A DNA stretch of 42,066 nt from an uncultured Gammaproteobacteria bacterium (GTDB lineage Bacteria > Patescibacteriota > Patescibacteriia > Veblenbacterales > UBA10138), in assembly GCA_964453605.1 (NCBI GenBank), contig CAYVOI010000001.1, positions 376,029 through 418,094 of the forward strand, written 5' to 3'. The position numbers and the translations under genes were made by a program. Of this stretch, positions 16,127-27,100 are shown piece after piece. A model generated the notes under the pieces. It saw only the letters and a list, made by a program, of their open reading frames with translations, did not search any database and was not told where the DNA came from. Position 1 is the stretch's first letter. Each line of letters opens with the position of its first letter.

Positions 16127-17053
16127 ATGCCCGAGCTGCCAGAGGTTGAAACCATACGCCGTGATCTGGGCTCCGTCCTCAGAGGTCAGCAGATTGTGAG
16201 CCTCAGGGTCAAGCGCCCTAAGCTTCTTCGAGGTTCTCGGCGTGATTTTACCCGCTACCTAGTGGGCGCCAGGGTTATGGCGGTCTCACGTCGCGCTAAG
16301 CAGCTTGCGCTCGAGCTGTCCTCTGGCTACGTGCTCCTCATCCACCTTAAAATGACAGGTCAGTTGGTGTGGGCTCGTAAAGCGCGTTTCGCGCGCCACG
16401 AGCTAAACGCTCGCCATAAGCTGGGGCGCTTGCCACGTGGCGGACGTAGTCCGCTTTACGTGGTTGGTGGACACCCTATCGCTGGGGTTACCGGCGTACC
16501 AAACCGCTATACCTACATCACGCTGTCGTTCAGGGGAGGGAGCAAGCTTTACTTTAACGATGTTAGACAGTTTGGCTACTGGAAGCTCGTGCCACGGGGC
16601 GAGCTAACACAGGTTTTTGCTGCACTTGGCCCTGAGCCACTAACCCAGGAGTTCACACTGGAACGTTTTACCGTGGAGCTCAAGCGCCGGCCGCGCACCA
16701 GCATTAAGGCAGCACTCTTAGACCAAAGTGTGGTGGCTGGCATAGGCAACATCTACGCTGACGAAACGTTATTCGTAGCCAAGGTAAAGCCTTCGCGTAA
16801 AGTCCGTACGCTGAACCGTGCCGAAGTTAAGCAGCTCTACCAGAGTATCAAGCGTGTGCTTAGGCGCGCGGTTAAAGCTCGCGGTACGTCCTTTAATTCT
16901 TACGTTGATGGTCTAGGTAGAGCCGGCACGTACTGGGCCAAGCGTTTGGTGTACGGTCGTGCAGGTTTACCCTGCCCCCGCTGTGGGCAGCTTCTGCAGA
17001 AAGCGGTGGTGGCCGGCCGCGGTACCACCTGGTGTCCCCACTGCCAACGTTAA
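16127..17053 (+). CDS. mutM: Formamidopyrimidine-DNA glycosylase
   Basis: MPELPEVE, HLKMTG, GIGNIYADE and a C-terminal CPRC...CPHC zinc finger. Confidence 0.97.
   Translation: MPELPEVETIRRDLGSVLRGQQIVSLRVKRPKLLRGSRRDFTRYLVGARVMAVSRRAKQLALELSSGYVLLIHLKMTGQLVWARKARFARHELNARHKLGRLPRGGRSPLYVVGGHPIAGVTGVPNRYTYITLSFRGGSKLYFNDVRQFGYWKLVPRGELTQVFAALGPEPLTQEFTLERFTVELKRRPRTSIKAALLDQSVVAGIGNIYADETLFVAKVKPSRKVRTLNRAEVKQLYQSIKRVLRRAVKARGTSFNSYVDGLGRAGTYWAKRLVYGRAGLPCPRCGQLLQKAVVAGRGTTWCPHCQR
16376..16460. repeat. Palindromic REP-like insertion read in frame inside mutM
   Basis: Terminal inverted repeat CGTAAAGCG (16376-16384)/CGCTTTACG (16452-16460), with internal hairpins including GCGGAC-GTA-GTCCGC. 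Confidence 0.6.
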
Positions 17054-17063
17054 ATTTCGTATT

Positions 17064-17094
17064 AAAAAACCTGACATTCTCGGAATGTCAGGTT
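17064..17094. terminator. Terminator between convergent genes
   Basis: AAAAAACCTGACATTC-TCG-GAATGTCAGGTT. Confidence 0.8.
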
Positions 17095-17108
17095 GGCTGA
17101 TAGCCTTA

Positions 17109-18050
17109 CTAAGGCTGTGACAGTAGATGCCAGGCATCTTTGAACTGCCACCAATCTATTTTCGGCTTCAGTTTCGGATAGGTTAACTTTCGCAATGGCA
17201 GGTAAATTATTTTGGCGCCCTTACGACAGTATTTGGCCGGAATCACGTAGTAGAGTTTTGTTCGGCTAGTTTCAATGAGGAAAATCTTAAAAGCCGTTTT
17301 TGGATCATAAGATACGTCTGCTGATGCTCCAACCCAACGTGCTTTAGAGTTCGTTCCTCTGTGTCGTATAGAGATTAAACAGACCTTTCCGTTAAGCAAG
17401 ATGCATCCCCGGACACACCTTGGAGGATAGGCATTTTGGCGCGGAATAAGCTCTACCTCAAGTTTGTGATCCCGTGCTTTTTTGACGATACTACGGAGGT
17501 ATTTATTGTGTGGGTTGGCCATCTCTTGCCTTAAGCGATACTTGGCTTGTTCTTTGGCGTGCACGCTCCATCGTTGGCGCCCATTCGCATACGGTAGTCC
17601 TAATCTAAAATGATCCTGATAGATTTGCCGTACTCGTTCAAGAGTCAAGCCAACTTTTTCGGCAATTTCACTAAAGCGCACTGACGGGTCAGCAAATAAG
17701 CGTCGCCAGTCGTCAAGCGTACCAATACTAGGGTGGCTCTCAAGGCGCCACCGTCGATATAGGTCACGCCGCGCTCGTTTTATAAGCCTATGTTCGACCA
17801 TCACAATGTTTAAGCTCTGTAGTACGCGAGATAACCAGCTGGAAGTTTCCTGTAATTTTTGCCGATCCGTTCTTATTTTGAGCGGTAGCATCTCGACTAT
17901 TTCTTGGGGTGAAATTATTCCAGTAGCTAACGCTCGTCGTAGAACAGGTTTAGCAATAGAAACATTAAGCTTTAAATCAAGCTTCCTGCCTGCACGGTGG
18001 AGCCACTGGATTTTAGCAACCGCAAGTTCCGTACTCCGTTGTGTATACAT
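17109..18050 (-). CDS. Hypothetical DNA-binding protein (sigma70 region 1.1-like segment, sigma4-like HTH, possible nuclease-fold C-terminus)
   Basis: LRRALATGIISPQEIVEMLP...LQSLNIVMVE; FSEIAEKVGLTLERVRQIY; ends WWQFKDAWHLL; AT-richer than its neighbours; SD GGAAAGGT. Confidence 0.7.
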   Translation of the reverse strand: MYTQRSTELAVAKIQWLHRAGRKLDLKLNVSIAKPVLRRALATGIISPQEIVEMLPLKIRTDRQKLQETSSWLSRVLQSLNIVMVEHRLIKRARRDLYRRWRLESHPSIGTLDDWRRLFADPSVRFSEIAEKVGLTLERVRQIYQDHFRLGLPYANGRQRWSVHAKEQAKYRLRQEMANPHNKYLRSIVKKARDHKLEVELIPRQNAYPPRCVRGCILLNGKVCLISIRHRGTNSKARWVGASADVSYDPKTAFKIFLIETSRTKLYYVIPAKYCRKGAKIIYLPLRKLTYPKLKPKIDWWQFKDAWHLLSQP

Positions 18051-18099
18051 TGTTTACCTTTCCGTGTTTACTTTTTTAAAGTTCAGTTTGATTGCTAAG

Positions 18100-18127
18100 A
18101 CCTTACCAAAATATATGGTTGTGTCAA
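18100..18127 (-). promoter_or_regulatory. sigma70 promoter for the 18050 gene
   Basis: TTGACA (18127-18122), 16-nt spacer, TG-extended TAAGGT; boxA-like GAACTTTAAAA at 18084-18074. Confidence 0.6.
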
Positions 18128-18209
18128 GTAGTAAGGTGGGGTCGACTAGTATGATTCTAACGCTGCACGACAGTACGGTGAGCGCTATGGTATAGTAGTG
18201 CTGTAGCTT

Positions 18210-18782
18210 ATGTCCTTCGACCTCGCGATTCTTACCACGCTTAACCAACTCACGCAGCAATCGTCCGTCTTTTTTCCGCTTGCTTTGTTTGCCGCCGTGC
18301 CACTGCTCTGGCTGCTTGAGGCCTGGTATGCGGTCGTCTTTGTTTGGCATAAGCGTGGGGGGCTTACCGAGCTCGGTGCGCTCGCCATGGGAGCAGTACT
18401 CGCTAACCTCGTGAAAGCGGTTTTAGGGTTCTGGTGGTTTCGGGCGCGTCCGTTTGCGGCTGGCCTGGCCAAACTTATGATAGCTCCGCCGTGGGGAGCG
18501 CAATCGTTCCCATCCGGCCACGCTATGTTTGCGTTCTTCTTAGCCACCCTGCTCGCTATCCATTATTGGCACTGGCCCGTAAAGGCCGCGTCGCGACCTA
18601 GGGCCCACGTTTACGCTGTGGTGGCATACTTACTAGCAGGCGCTGTTGCCGTAGCTAGGGTAGCAGTCGGCGTGCACTACCCCAGCGATGTCCTGGCGGG
18701 CGCCCTCATTGGCACCACGTTTGGTTTTGCCACGCGTAGGCTCGAAGTTGCCTTTCGGCGCCCCCGGTCTGTTGTTCGCTAG
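18210..18782 (+). CDS. PAP2-family phosphatase (BcrC-like undecaprenyl-pyrophosphate phosphatase)
   Basis: K...RARP, SFPSGHA, ARVAVGVHYPSDV; hydrophobic helices. Confidence 0.92.
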   Translation: MSFDLAILTTLNQLTQQSSVFFPLALFAAVPLLWLLEAWYAVVFVWHKRGGLTELGALAMGAVLANLVKAVLGFWWFRARPFAAGLAKLMIAPPWGAQSFPSGHAMFAFFLATLLAIHYWHWPVKAASRPRAHVYAVVAYLLAGAVAVARVAVGVHYPSDVLAGALIGTTFGFATRRLEVAFRRPRSVVR

Positions 18783-18837
18783 CTGTGCCCCACGGCTCGT
18801 GGCAGTAGGGGAGCTTTTGCTATACTACAATGAGCTT

Positions 18838-19905
18838 ATGAAGCTCCTCATTCTGGCCGGCGGTAGTGGTACCAGGCTGTGGCCCCTGTCGCGCGCGGCT
18901 AGCCCTAAGCAGGTGCAGCCATTCTTAGATAACCGCACGCTGCTGCAGCACACCTGGTTGCGCCTGCGTGCTGGGTTCAAACCGTCTGATATTTTTGTGG
19001 CTACGAGTCAGGCACAGGCAGCACTCGTCCGCCGGCAGTTGCCAGAACTTCTACCCGCGCACCTCATCGTCGAGCCTCTGGCACGTAACACCGCGCCAGC
19101 CATTGGTTTGGCCGCTCGTGTCATTGACAGGCTCTACTCTGGCGAAGCGGTTGCCACCATTAGTAGCGACCACTACGTGGCTGAGGCTTCGAAGTTTGTG
19201 GCGCTGCTTAAGGCGGGGGAGCGTGGCCTGAAGCGTCACCCTAAGCACCTCATACTAATTGGACTTAGGCCCACCTACCCTGAAACCGGCTATGGCTATA
19301 TTAAGGTTGGCCGTTACCAGGTCGGGCAGCTCTTTTCGGTGGCAGCGTTTAAGGAGAAGCCCGACGTTACGACAGCTCGGCGCTACCTAAGCTCGGGAGA
19401 TTATCTCTGGAACACTGGACTGTTCCTGTTCTATCCCACTACGCTACTGGATATGTACCGTCATAGTGCGCCGCAGCTCTACAGAGGGCTTATACATTTA
19501 CCACTCAAGCGTCAGGGTAAGGCTTGGGGCAGCAGCAGAACTGCCTTTGCTAAGCTACCAGGCCGGTCCATCGACTACGCGGTGGTGGAAAAAGCCACCA
19601 ACCTCTTGGTGCTTAAGGGCAATTTTACCTGGGCCGATGTTGGGCACTGGCGTACCATCTACGACATTCTGGTGCCAAAGTCAGGTCGGGGCGCTCATGT
19701 GGTACGTGGGCACTACCTTGGCATAGCGTCGAGGGCTAACTTAGTGTACTCGCTGAGTGGTAGGCTCATTACCACTGTTGGCATGCACAACACCATCATT
19801 ATCGATACTGGCGATGCTGTGCTGGTTTGCCCCCGCGAGCGCGCACAGGAGGTGAGGGTGTTAGTGCAGGAGCTGGCGCGCGTAGGGTTGCACCGCTACC
19901 TATGA
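18838..19905 (+). CDS. manC: Mannose-1-phosphate guanylyltransferase
   Basis: LILAGGSGTRLWPLSR...PKQ, EPLARNTAPA, PETGYGYI, FKEKP, SIDYAVVEK, WADVG. Confidence 0.93.
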   Translation: MKLLILAGGSGTRLWPLSRAASPKQVQPFLDNRTLLQHTWLRLRAGFKPSDIFVATSQAQAALVRRQLPELLPAHLIVEPLARNTAPAIGLAARVIDRLYSGEAVATISSDHYVAEASKFVALLKAGERGLKRHPKHLILIGLRPTYPETGYGYIKVGRYQVGQLFSVAAFKEKPDVTTARRYLSSGDYLWNTGLFLFYPTTLLDMYRHSAPQLYRGLIHLPLKRQGKAWGSSRTAFAKLPGRSIDYAVVEKATNLLVLKGNFTWADVGHWRTIYDILVPKSGRGAHVVRGHYLGIASRANLVYSLSGRLITTVGMHNTIIIDTGDAVLVCPRERAQEVRVLVQELARVGLHRYL

Positions 19906-20969
19906 GCATCTTCATGAGTATGAAGGGTCACACCCCATGGTCATTCAAGCGCTACCTCAGGCTCGGGCTAGCAACCTGTGCGGTTGTGCTCACGAGCGGT
20001 GCCCTGGTCGGTTGGCAGTTCGTGGCGCCAGCTGGTAAGGCAGGGCCTCTGGTGCCGTTTCGCATAACGCCAGGTGAGGGTGTGCACCAGGTGAGCGATA
20101 ACCTCTACGCCCAGCACCTTGTTCGCAGCCAGTTCTGGTTTGAGACCTGGGTCTGGCTCACCGGCACCGAGGGGAAGTTCCAGGCCGGGGAGTACTACCT
20201 CCCGCCACAGGTAAACACCATAAACCTCGTCCGCTTACTCACGGGTGCAGCCGAGCCTACTAATGAAGTCACGCTTACCCTTATTGAAGGGTGGCGGTTT
20301 ACGCAAATGGCTGATTACCTCAAGGGTGAGCAGTTCACCGGCAGCAGCGCTTTTCGTGAGCTGGTTGCCACACCCAAGCGCTTTACACCTCTGCTCCAGC
20401 ACTCAGGTGTAACCACACTACAACCTGGGCTAGCTCCCCCTACACTGGAGGGTTACCTGTTTCCTGACACCTACCGGCTGTTTCGAACTGCCACGGCCGA
20501 GGACTTGGTGCTCAAAATGCTCATGACCTTTGTACAGCGGTTTGACCCTACCTGGGGTACGGAGCTCGGGCGTAGGGGCATAACGCTGAGCCAAGCAGTT
20601 ACTATGGCCAGTATTGTGGAGCGTGAGGTCAAAACTGATGAAGACAGGGCGATGGTCGCAGATATTTTCTGGCGTAGGCTTAAGGCTGGGCAGGGTTTGG
20701 AAGCTGATTCCACCATAAATTACATTACTGGTAAAGCCGACCCAGCTGTGAGCGCCAAGGACTTAAACACCACCTCGCCCTACAATACCTATCGCTACCG
20801 GGGGCTCCCGCCCGGGCCTATTTCTAACCCCGGTGTGTCGGCACTTAAGGCCACTGTTTACCCCAAACCTAACCCCTACTGGTACTTCCTTACGACCCCA
20901 GGTGGGGAGGTTATTTACTCCAAGACTTTTGCTGAACACCTTCGGGCTAAACAGCGTTACATTAGGTAA
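19902..20969 (+). CDS. mltG: Endolytic transglycosylase MltG (YceG)
   Basis: N-terminal TM; LEGYLFPDTY, MASIVERE, SPYNTYRYRGLPPGPISNPG; ATGA overlap with manC. Confidence 0.95.
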   Translation: MSIFMSMKGHTPWSFKRYLRLGLATCAVVLTSGALVGWQFVAPAGKAGPLVPFRITPGEGVHQVSDNLYAQHLVRSQFWFETWVWLTGTEGKFQAGEYYLPPQVNTINLVRLLTGAAEPTNEVTLTLIEGWRFTQMADYLKGEQFTGSSAFRELVATPKRFTPLLQHSGVTTLQPGLAPPTLEGYLFPDTYRLFRTATAEDLVLKMLMTFVQRFDPTWGTELGRRGITLSQAVTMASIVEREVKTDEDRAMVADIFWRRLKAGQGLEADSTINYITGKADPAVSAKDLNTTSPYNTYRYRGLPPGPISNPGVSALKATVYPKPNPYWYFLTTPGGEVIYSKTFAEHLRAKQRYIR

Positions 20970-21058
20970 TTTTAAGAGGTAAGTTTTAGCTAAAAATCTA
21001 GAGCGAATTCATGAGAGAATTTGCTCTATGTTTGTATTAAAAATGATTGATTCTTACA

Positions 21059-21087
21059 TTGACAAAATTGCAATTTTTTGCTAACAT
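21059..21087 (+). promoter_or_regulatory. sigma70 promoter of the giant gene
   Basis: TTGACA (21059-21064), 17-nt spacer, TG-extended TAACAT, in an AT-rich intergenic region. Confidence 0.7.
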
Positions 21088-21095
21088 ATAGATAA

Positions 21096-21121
21096 CGATA
21101 CAATATCGGATACTATATCGG
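21096..21121. promoter_or_regulatory. Operator-like tandem palindromic repeat
   Basis: GATACAATATCG|GATACTATATCG (12-nt period, one mismatch); the first unit is CGATA-N3-TATCG. Confidence 0.5.
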
Positions 21122-21196
21122 AGGCTTATATTAGCCAAAAATAAATTGTCGTACACTTTTTATATTTTAATATCGGGGAAGTAATAAAATTCTAAC

Positions 21197-24100
21197 ATGA
21201 ACCCACCGGAGGTAAATAAAGAGCCTGAATCTTCTTTAGAAATAGGCTCTATTCCAGCGCCGCCTGAGCCAGAGTTAATTTCCCTGGCTGAGGCAGCAAA
21301 ACTCACCCCCTATAGCCAAGAGTACGTCTCGCTCCTGGCCCGTAAGGGGAAGCTTTTGGCGTGGAAGCAGGGCAGGAACTGGTTTACGACCAAAGAGGCC
21401 ATGCTCCAGTATGTGGCTAAGCAGGCTCAAGAGGCCGAAGCTGACTACGAGAAAAAGGCACTCTTTAGTTTAAAGACTGCTGAATCCCAAACCCTGCTGC
21501 CACCACCACCGGACGCAACCGGGCCGGCCATTGCCGCGGCGCGGGAAATTGCGAGCGTACTTGGTGAAACCTTGGGCGCCAAGTTCGACAGCTTACAGGA
21601 AGGTTTGCGGGAGATGGGTGATAAGGTCAGCCAGGCAGCAGCCCAACCTCCGGCACCACCCCAAGTTGTACAGCCACAGCCAGCGCCAGCACCTAAGCAC
21701 TACAAGCCGCACCGGCCGGTGCTGTTCTACGTTCTGGTGCTATTGATTGTGTTCCCGCTCATTTTTTTGGGGCTTACCCGAGGGCTAGCCGACGACCTCT
21801 ATGGAAAGTTTTTACGCAACCTCAAGAATGCCTGGACCCTAGACGGGCACAAGGCAGGTACCAATGCCAATGAAGTTCTGATTCTCAATGACGCTGGCAA
21901 CATTTCGATTAAAGGTCACATTGAAACCCAAGGCCAGCTCCGCTCCTACGCGCGGGACGGTGTGGCACCTATCATTGTTGACTCGACTACCAAGGTAGAA
22001 AACTTGAACGCTGATACCGTTGACGGCTTTGACCCTACGCAGTTTACGTTGGCCTTTGTAACCAAGAACGGTAACGTTACGTCTGACGATGTGTACCTCA
22101 AAGGTAATGTTGAGGTAGGCAAGGTGCTAGAGGTAAAAGGTGCTACCAAGCTGCTCGACAGTTTGCTGGTGGAGGGGGGCTTGGGCGTGTGGGGTGACAC
22201 GTTCTTGCACGACAACCTGACTGTGGATGGTACGGTGGACTTAAAACAGAGCGTTACGGTAGGTGGTAACGCGCAGGTGAAGGGGGCCGTGGTTACCGGT
22301 GGAGATGTGGTGACAACTGGCCACAACCTTATCTTAGGTGCTGGCACTATCAAAACCACCAACCGTACCGTGGTTAAGAACCTAAACGCCGAGTACTGGA
22401 ACGGGCTGTCCACCGGGAACTTTGACCTTGATTTTGTAACTGACAACGGGTCGGTGACTACGAACAGCATCACCACGGGCGGGGTGAATACCCTGGGCCC
22501 GTCGCGCTTTAATGGTGACCTAACACTCATAGGCCAGGAGCAGCTCGGGGGCGACTTGCTGGTTGGGGGGGCGTCGAAACTTAATGGCGACCTCTCGGTC
22601 TGGGGTACCACCAGCCTCTACGGTCCAACCAAAATTGATAACCTGCAAACTCTGACTGTTACTGGACAAACCAACCTGAGTAACACTAACGTGAATGGGG
22701 CACTGCAGGTATCGGGACAGGGTATTTTTCAGAACGTAGGCGTGGCTAACTCGTTAGGTGCTAACAACCTGACAGCTGAAAATGCTTACGTGGGGAGCGG
22801 TACGAACGACAAGCTGAAGGTGGCGGCCAGTTCAACCTTCAGCGGCCCGGTGACCCTGCCAAACGTAACGACCGGCAGTGGTACCAATCTGTGCCGTGAC
22901 ACTACCGGTAAGGTGGTGCTCTGTACTGGCGGGGGCGGTGCCGGGACGCTCCAAGAAGCCTACGACGGGGGAAACACCATTGTGACCACCGACGCCAAAG
23001 ACATTACGTTTACCCTGGCGAACACCACCACTGACAGCAACTTTGGCGTGAGCATTGCCGATGGTTCAACTGGTACCGTTTCAATTAGTCGGGCTAATGG
23101 CACCGGTACGGTTGACCCAACCCAGCTCTTGCTCCTCAATAACGCGAGTGCGACACGGAGCGTGGGGGTTGGACTTAAAATTACTTCCGACGCCGGTTTA
23201 ATTAACACCGGCCTCGACGTGTCAGACACTAACTTGGTGAACGCTATCGACGTAGGTGCGAACAGCCTCGTCGGCACCACGCCGCTCATTGATTTTACTA
23301 ACTTTGATGTGTCAGCCTCAGGTAATATTACCGTGAGCCCGGGGCAGGGGGTAGATACCAACGCGGCCGGCAGCTTGGCACTTGGCACCACCACCGCGAC
23401 CACCGTCGACCTGGCCGGCGGTAGTGGCGCCACCGGCTGCACGGTGACGAATGCGAGTGGCAATTTAACCTGCACCGGTAACATTACCAGCCTGGGCGGC
23501 AGCGTAGGCTTTTGGCAGCGCAGTGGTACCACCCTGTCGCCCGTCACCGCGGGTGACAGCGTTACCACCTCGGGTGATATCTCGACTTCTGGCGCAGGTA
23601 GTATTACCTCCGCTGGTGCGCTGACTGCTGCTGGCGCGACAAATTTGGCTACTACCGGCGCCTCGAATGTAAACATTGGTACGACTGGCACAGGTAACGT
23701 CGCTATTGGTAATGCCACCGGCACATTTAGTCTAACCTCGGCTGGTGGGTTGAATGTGTCGACCATCGGGGCTCTCACCGGTGTGGCCTCACTTGACACT
23801 ATTACCACTTCAGCTACCTCTCTCGGGTTTGCCGGAGCCGGTAGTATTGCGACCGGCGCAGGTACGAACCTAGCGCTTGATGCCGGCACCACCGGCGTGG
23901 TGAACATTGCTGGAGTTTCGACTGGCGACGTGAACCTGGCTGGCGGCAACGGAGCCACCGGCTGTACCGTGACTAACGCCACCGGCGACCTCACGTGTAC
24001 CGGTAACATTACCGCTGCCGCTACCGGAACTTCTGGTTACTGGACCAGGGCCGGTACCACGCTTTCACCGGCCACCGCGGGTGACAGCGTTACCACCTCG

Positions 24101-27100
24101 GGCAACATTTCTACCTCGGGCTCTGGCACCATAACCTCGGCTGGGTTGCTTACGGCCTCGGCGGGGTTGACCGCTACTGGTGCTACCAACCTCAACACCT
24201 CAGGCTCAAACGTCACCAACATTGGCACCGGCACGAACGCCGGCACCATTACCATTGGTAACAGCTCGACTGGTGATTTGGCCTTGAATGATGCTCAGTG
24301 GTCTGTGACTGGCAGCGGTCAGATTACAACCGCCGGCAACCTGGCCGTCAATGGCGGCTCCCTCACCACTACCGCCAGTACCTTTAACCTGGTGAACACC
24401 GGCGCCACCACGGTGAATGTGGCTGGTGCAGGCACTACCATTTCGGTGGGCGCAGGTTCCGGTACCACCACGGTCAACAATGCCCTCACCTCCACTGGGC
24501 TCCTCACCGCTTCCAACGGCATTTCGGTGTCAGCCAACAAGGACATTACCCTGGCCGCTGGCACCGGGGCCCTGGTGCTCAACAGCACAGTGGCAAACAC
24601 GTCTAAAAACGTGGTCGATCTTACCCCGTCCTTTACCGGTGGCACCAATGGCTTGAGCTACACGCTGTTCAACGCCGCTAGCTTTACGGCCGACAACTCC
24701 ACTGGCACCAACACGGTTAAGGGCTTAAGCCTTGGCAACTTGACCGAAACTGGAGCTGGCACCATTAACTCCACGGCGGTCAGCCTTGGTACCGGCTGGG
24801 ACAATGCCTTGGTGGTGGGGGGTACGACGGTAGTGACCAGCACCGGCTTGGTGCCGGTGGCGCAGGTGAGTGGCACGCTGTTTACCCTGGCGGCTACCAG
24901 CGGTACGCCCGAAGCGGTGACCGCCGGCCAAACCGTTACGCTGGCGGCTGGTAGTAACCTTACCACCACAGTGAGCTCGCCCCGCACGGTTACTGTGGCC
25001 ACCGTGGCCAATCCTAGCTTTGCCACTTCGGTCACCACGCCGAGCCTTGATACCAGCGGTGCCCTGGCCCTGGGGGATACCACCGCGACCTCAGTCGCCA
25101 TTGGCACCACCACCGCGACCACCGTCGACCTGGCCGGCGGTAGTGGCGCCACCGGCTGCACGGTGACGAATGCGAGTGGCAATTTAACCTGCACCGGTAA
25201 CATTACCAGCCTGGGCGGCAGCGTAGGCTTTTGGCAGCGCAGTGGTACCACCCTGTCGCCCGTCACCGCGGGTGACAGCGTTACCACCTCGGGTAACATT
25301 TCTACCTCGGGCTCTGGCGCCATAACCTCGGCTGGATTGCTTACGGGCTCGAACGGGCTCACGCTTACGACCGGCGCCTTGAACCTCACCGCCACCTCCG
25401 GCGCCCTTACACTCTCAGGCCTGGGTGCCTCGTCCATAAGCACTGGTGCCAGCAACATCACCTTCACGGCTGGTAACTTCAACACCACCTCGACTGGTAT
25501 TAACGGTACGGTTATTGGTGCTACTACGGCTTCAAGTGGCGCGTTTACTACGCTCGGTGCGTCGAGCACGGTTACCCTGTCGGGCTTAAGCTCATCAACC
25601 GGCACGGGTTTGTGCCTCGATGCTTCTAACCACGTAGTTACCTGCTTCGTAGTTTCTTCCAGTCCCACTCTGCAAACCGACTATGATACCGGCAACACTA
25701 TTGCCACGAGCGATGCGCGCGACATTGCCTTTACCCTTACCCACGGCGCCACGGTCGATGCCAACTTTACGACCGTCATTGCCGACGGCGCTACGGGTAC
25801 GGTTTCCATTTCTCGCGCCAACGGCACGGGCACGGTCGACCCAGCCCAGCTGTTGCTGCTCGATAACCTCGATACCAACCGGGCGGTGGCAACCGGCCTT
25901 AAGATTCAGGCGGCGGGGGGCGGCATTACCAACGCCATCGACGTGTCAGATGCCGAGCTGGTGAACGCGCTGGTGGCGGGGGCTAACGATCTATCGGGTA
26001 CCAACTGGTCGATTGACGGCGCCACGGGGAACGTTACCTCGGCCGGCGACCTGGCGGTGAATGGTGGTGACCTAACTACCACCGCCGCCACCTTTAACCT
26101 GGTGAATACGAATGCCACTACAGTTAATTTGGCGGGCGCGGCCACCACCCTGAACCTTGGCCCCGGTGGCGCCACCGCCACCACCGTCAACCTGGCCGGC
26201 GGCAACGGCGCCACCGGCTGCAGCCTGAACGGCGCCACCGGTGATTTTGCCTGCACCGGCAACATCACCGGTGCCACCACCGGTACTGCTGGCTACTGGA
26301 CCCGGTCGGGCACCACGCTGTCGCCGGCCACAGCGGGGGATGATGTAACGACCTCGGGCGCCATGTACACCACGGGCAGCGGCACCATCACCTCAGCCGG
26401 GTTGTTTACCGGCAGCGGTGGCGCGTCGCTCAGCAAAACTATCGCGGCTGATTCCGGTACCACCAACACGGTGGCGGCGCTTAGCCTTACCACGCCAGCC
26501 GACACCACTGGCACCAACGTGCACCAAGCTTTGAGTATCGCCACCACCATTGGCGACGCCACGGGCGGCACCAACACTGCTAACTTGATAAACATCGCCA
26601 ACCTGACGGGTGATGCCCAGGTGACCCTGAACGCTATCAAGGTTGGCACCCTCACCGGTACGGCCGCGGCCGAAACTGCGCTCAATATTGGTTCTGGTTG
26701 GGACAACGTGCTGAGCGTAAATGGTACACCCGTGATCAACGGCTCGGGCCAGCTCGTAGCCGCACAGCTGACGGGCACCCTCTTCACCCTAGCCGGCAGC
26801 TCGGGCGCTAACCAAGCCGTCGCCCAGGGCAACACCGTTACCATTGAGGCCGGTACCGATACTACCACTACCGGCGCGAGCGGGCCCAAGGTCACGATTG
26901 CTAACACCTCTACGCTGGCCACCGTCACCGGTCGCGGCGCTACCACCTCGACCTTGGTAAACCTTGATGGCGGCATCGCGGTCGCCACCAACAAGTTTAC
27001 CGTGGCGAGCTCGAACGGCGATGTGCTGACCGCCGGCAACCTGGCCGTCAATGGCGGCTCCCTCACCACTACCGCCAGTACCTTTAACCTGGTGAACACC

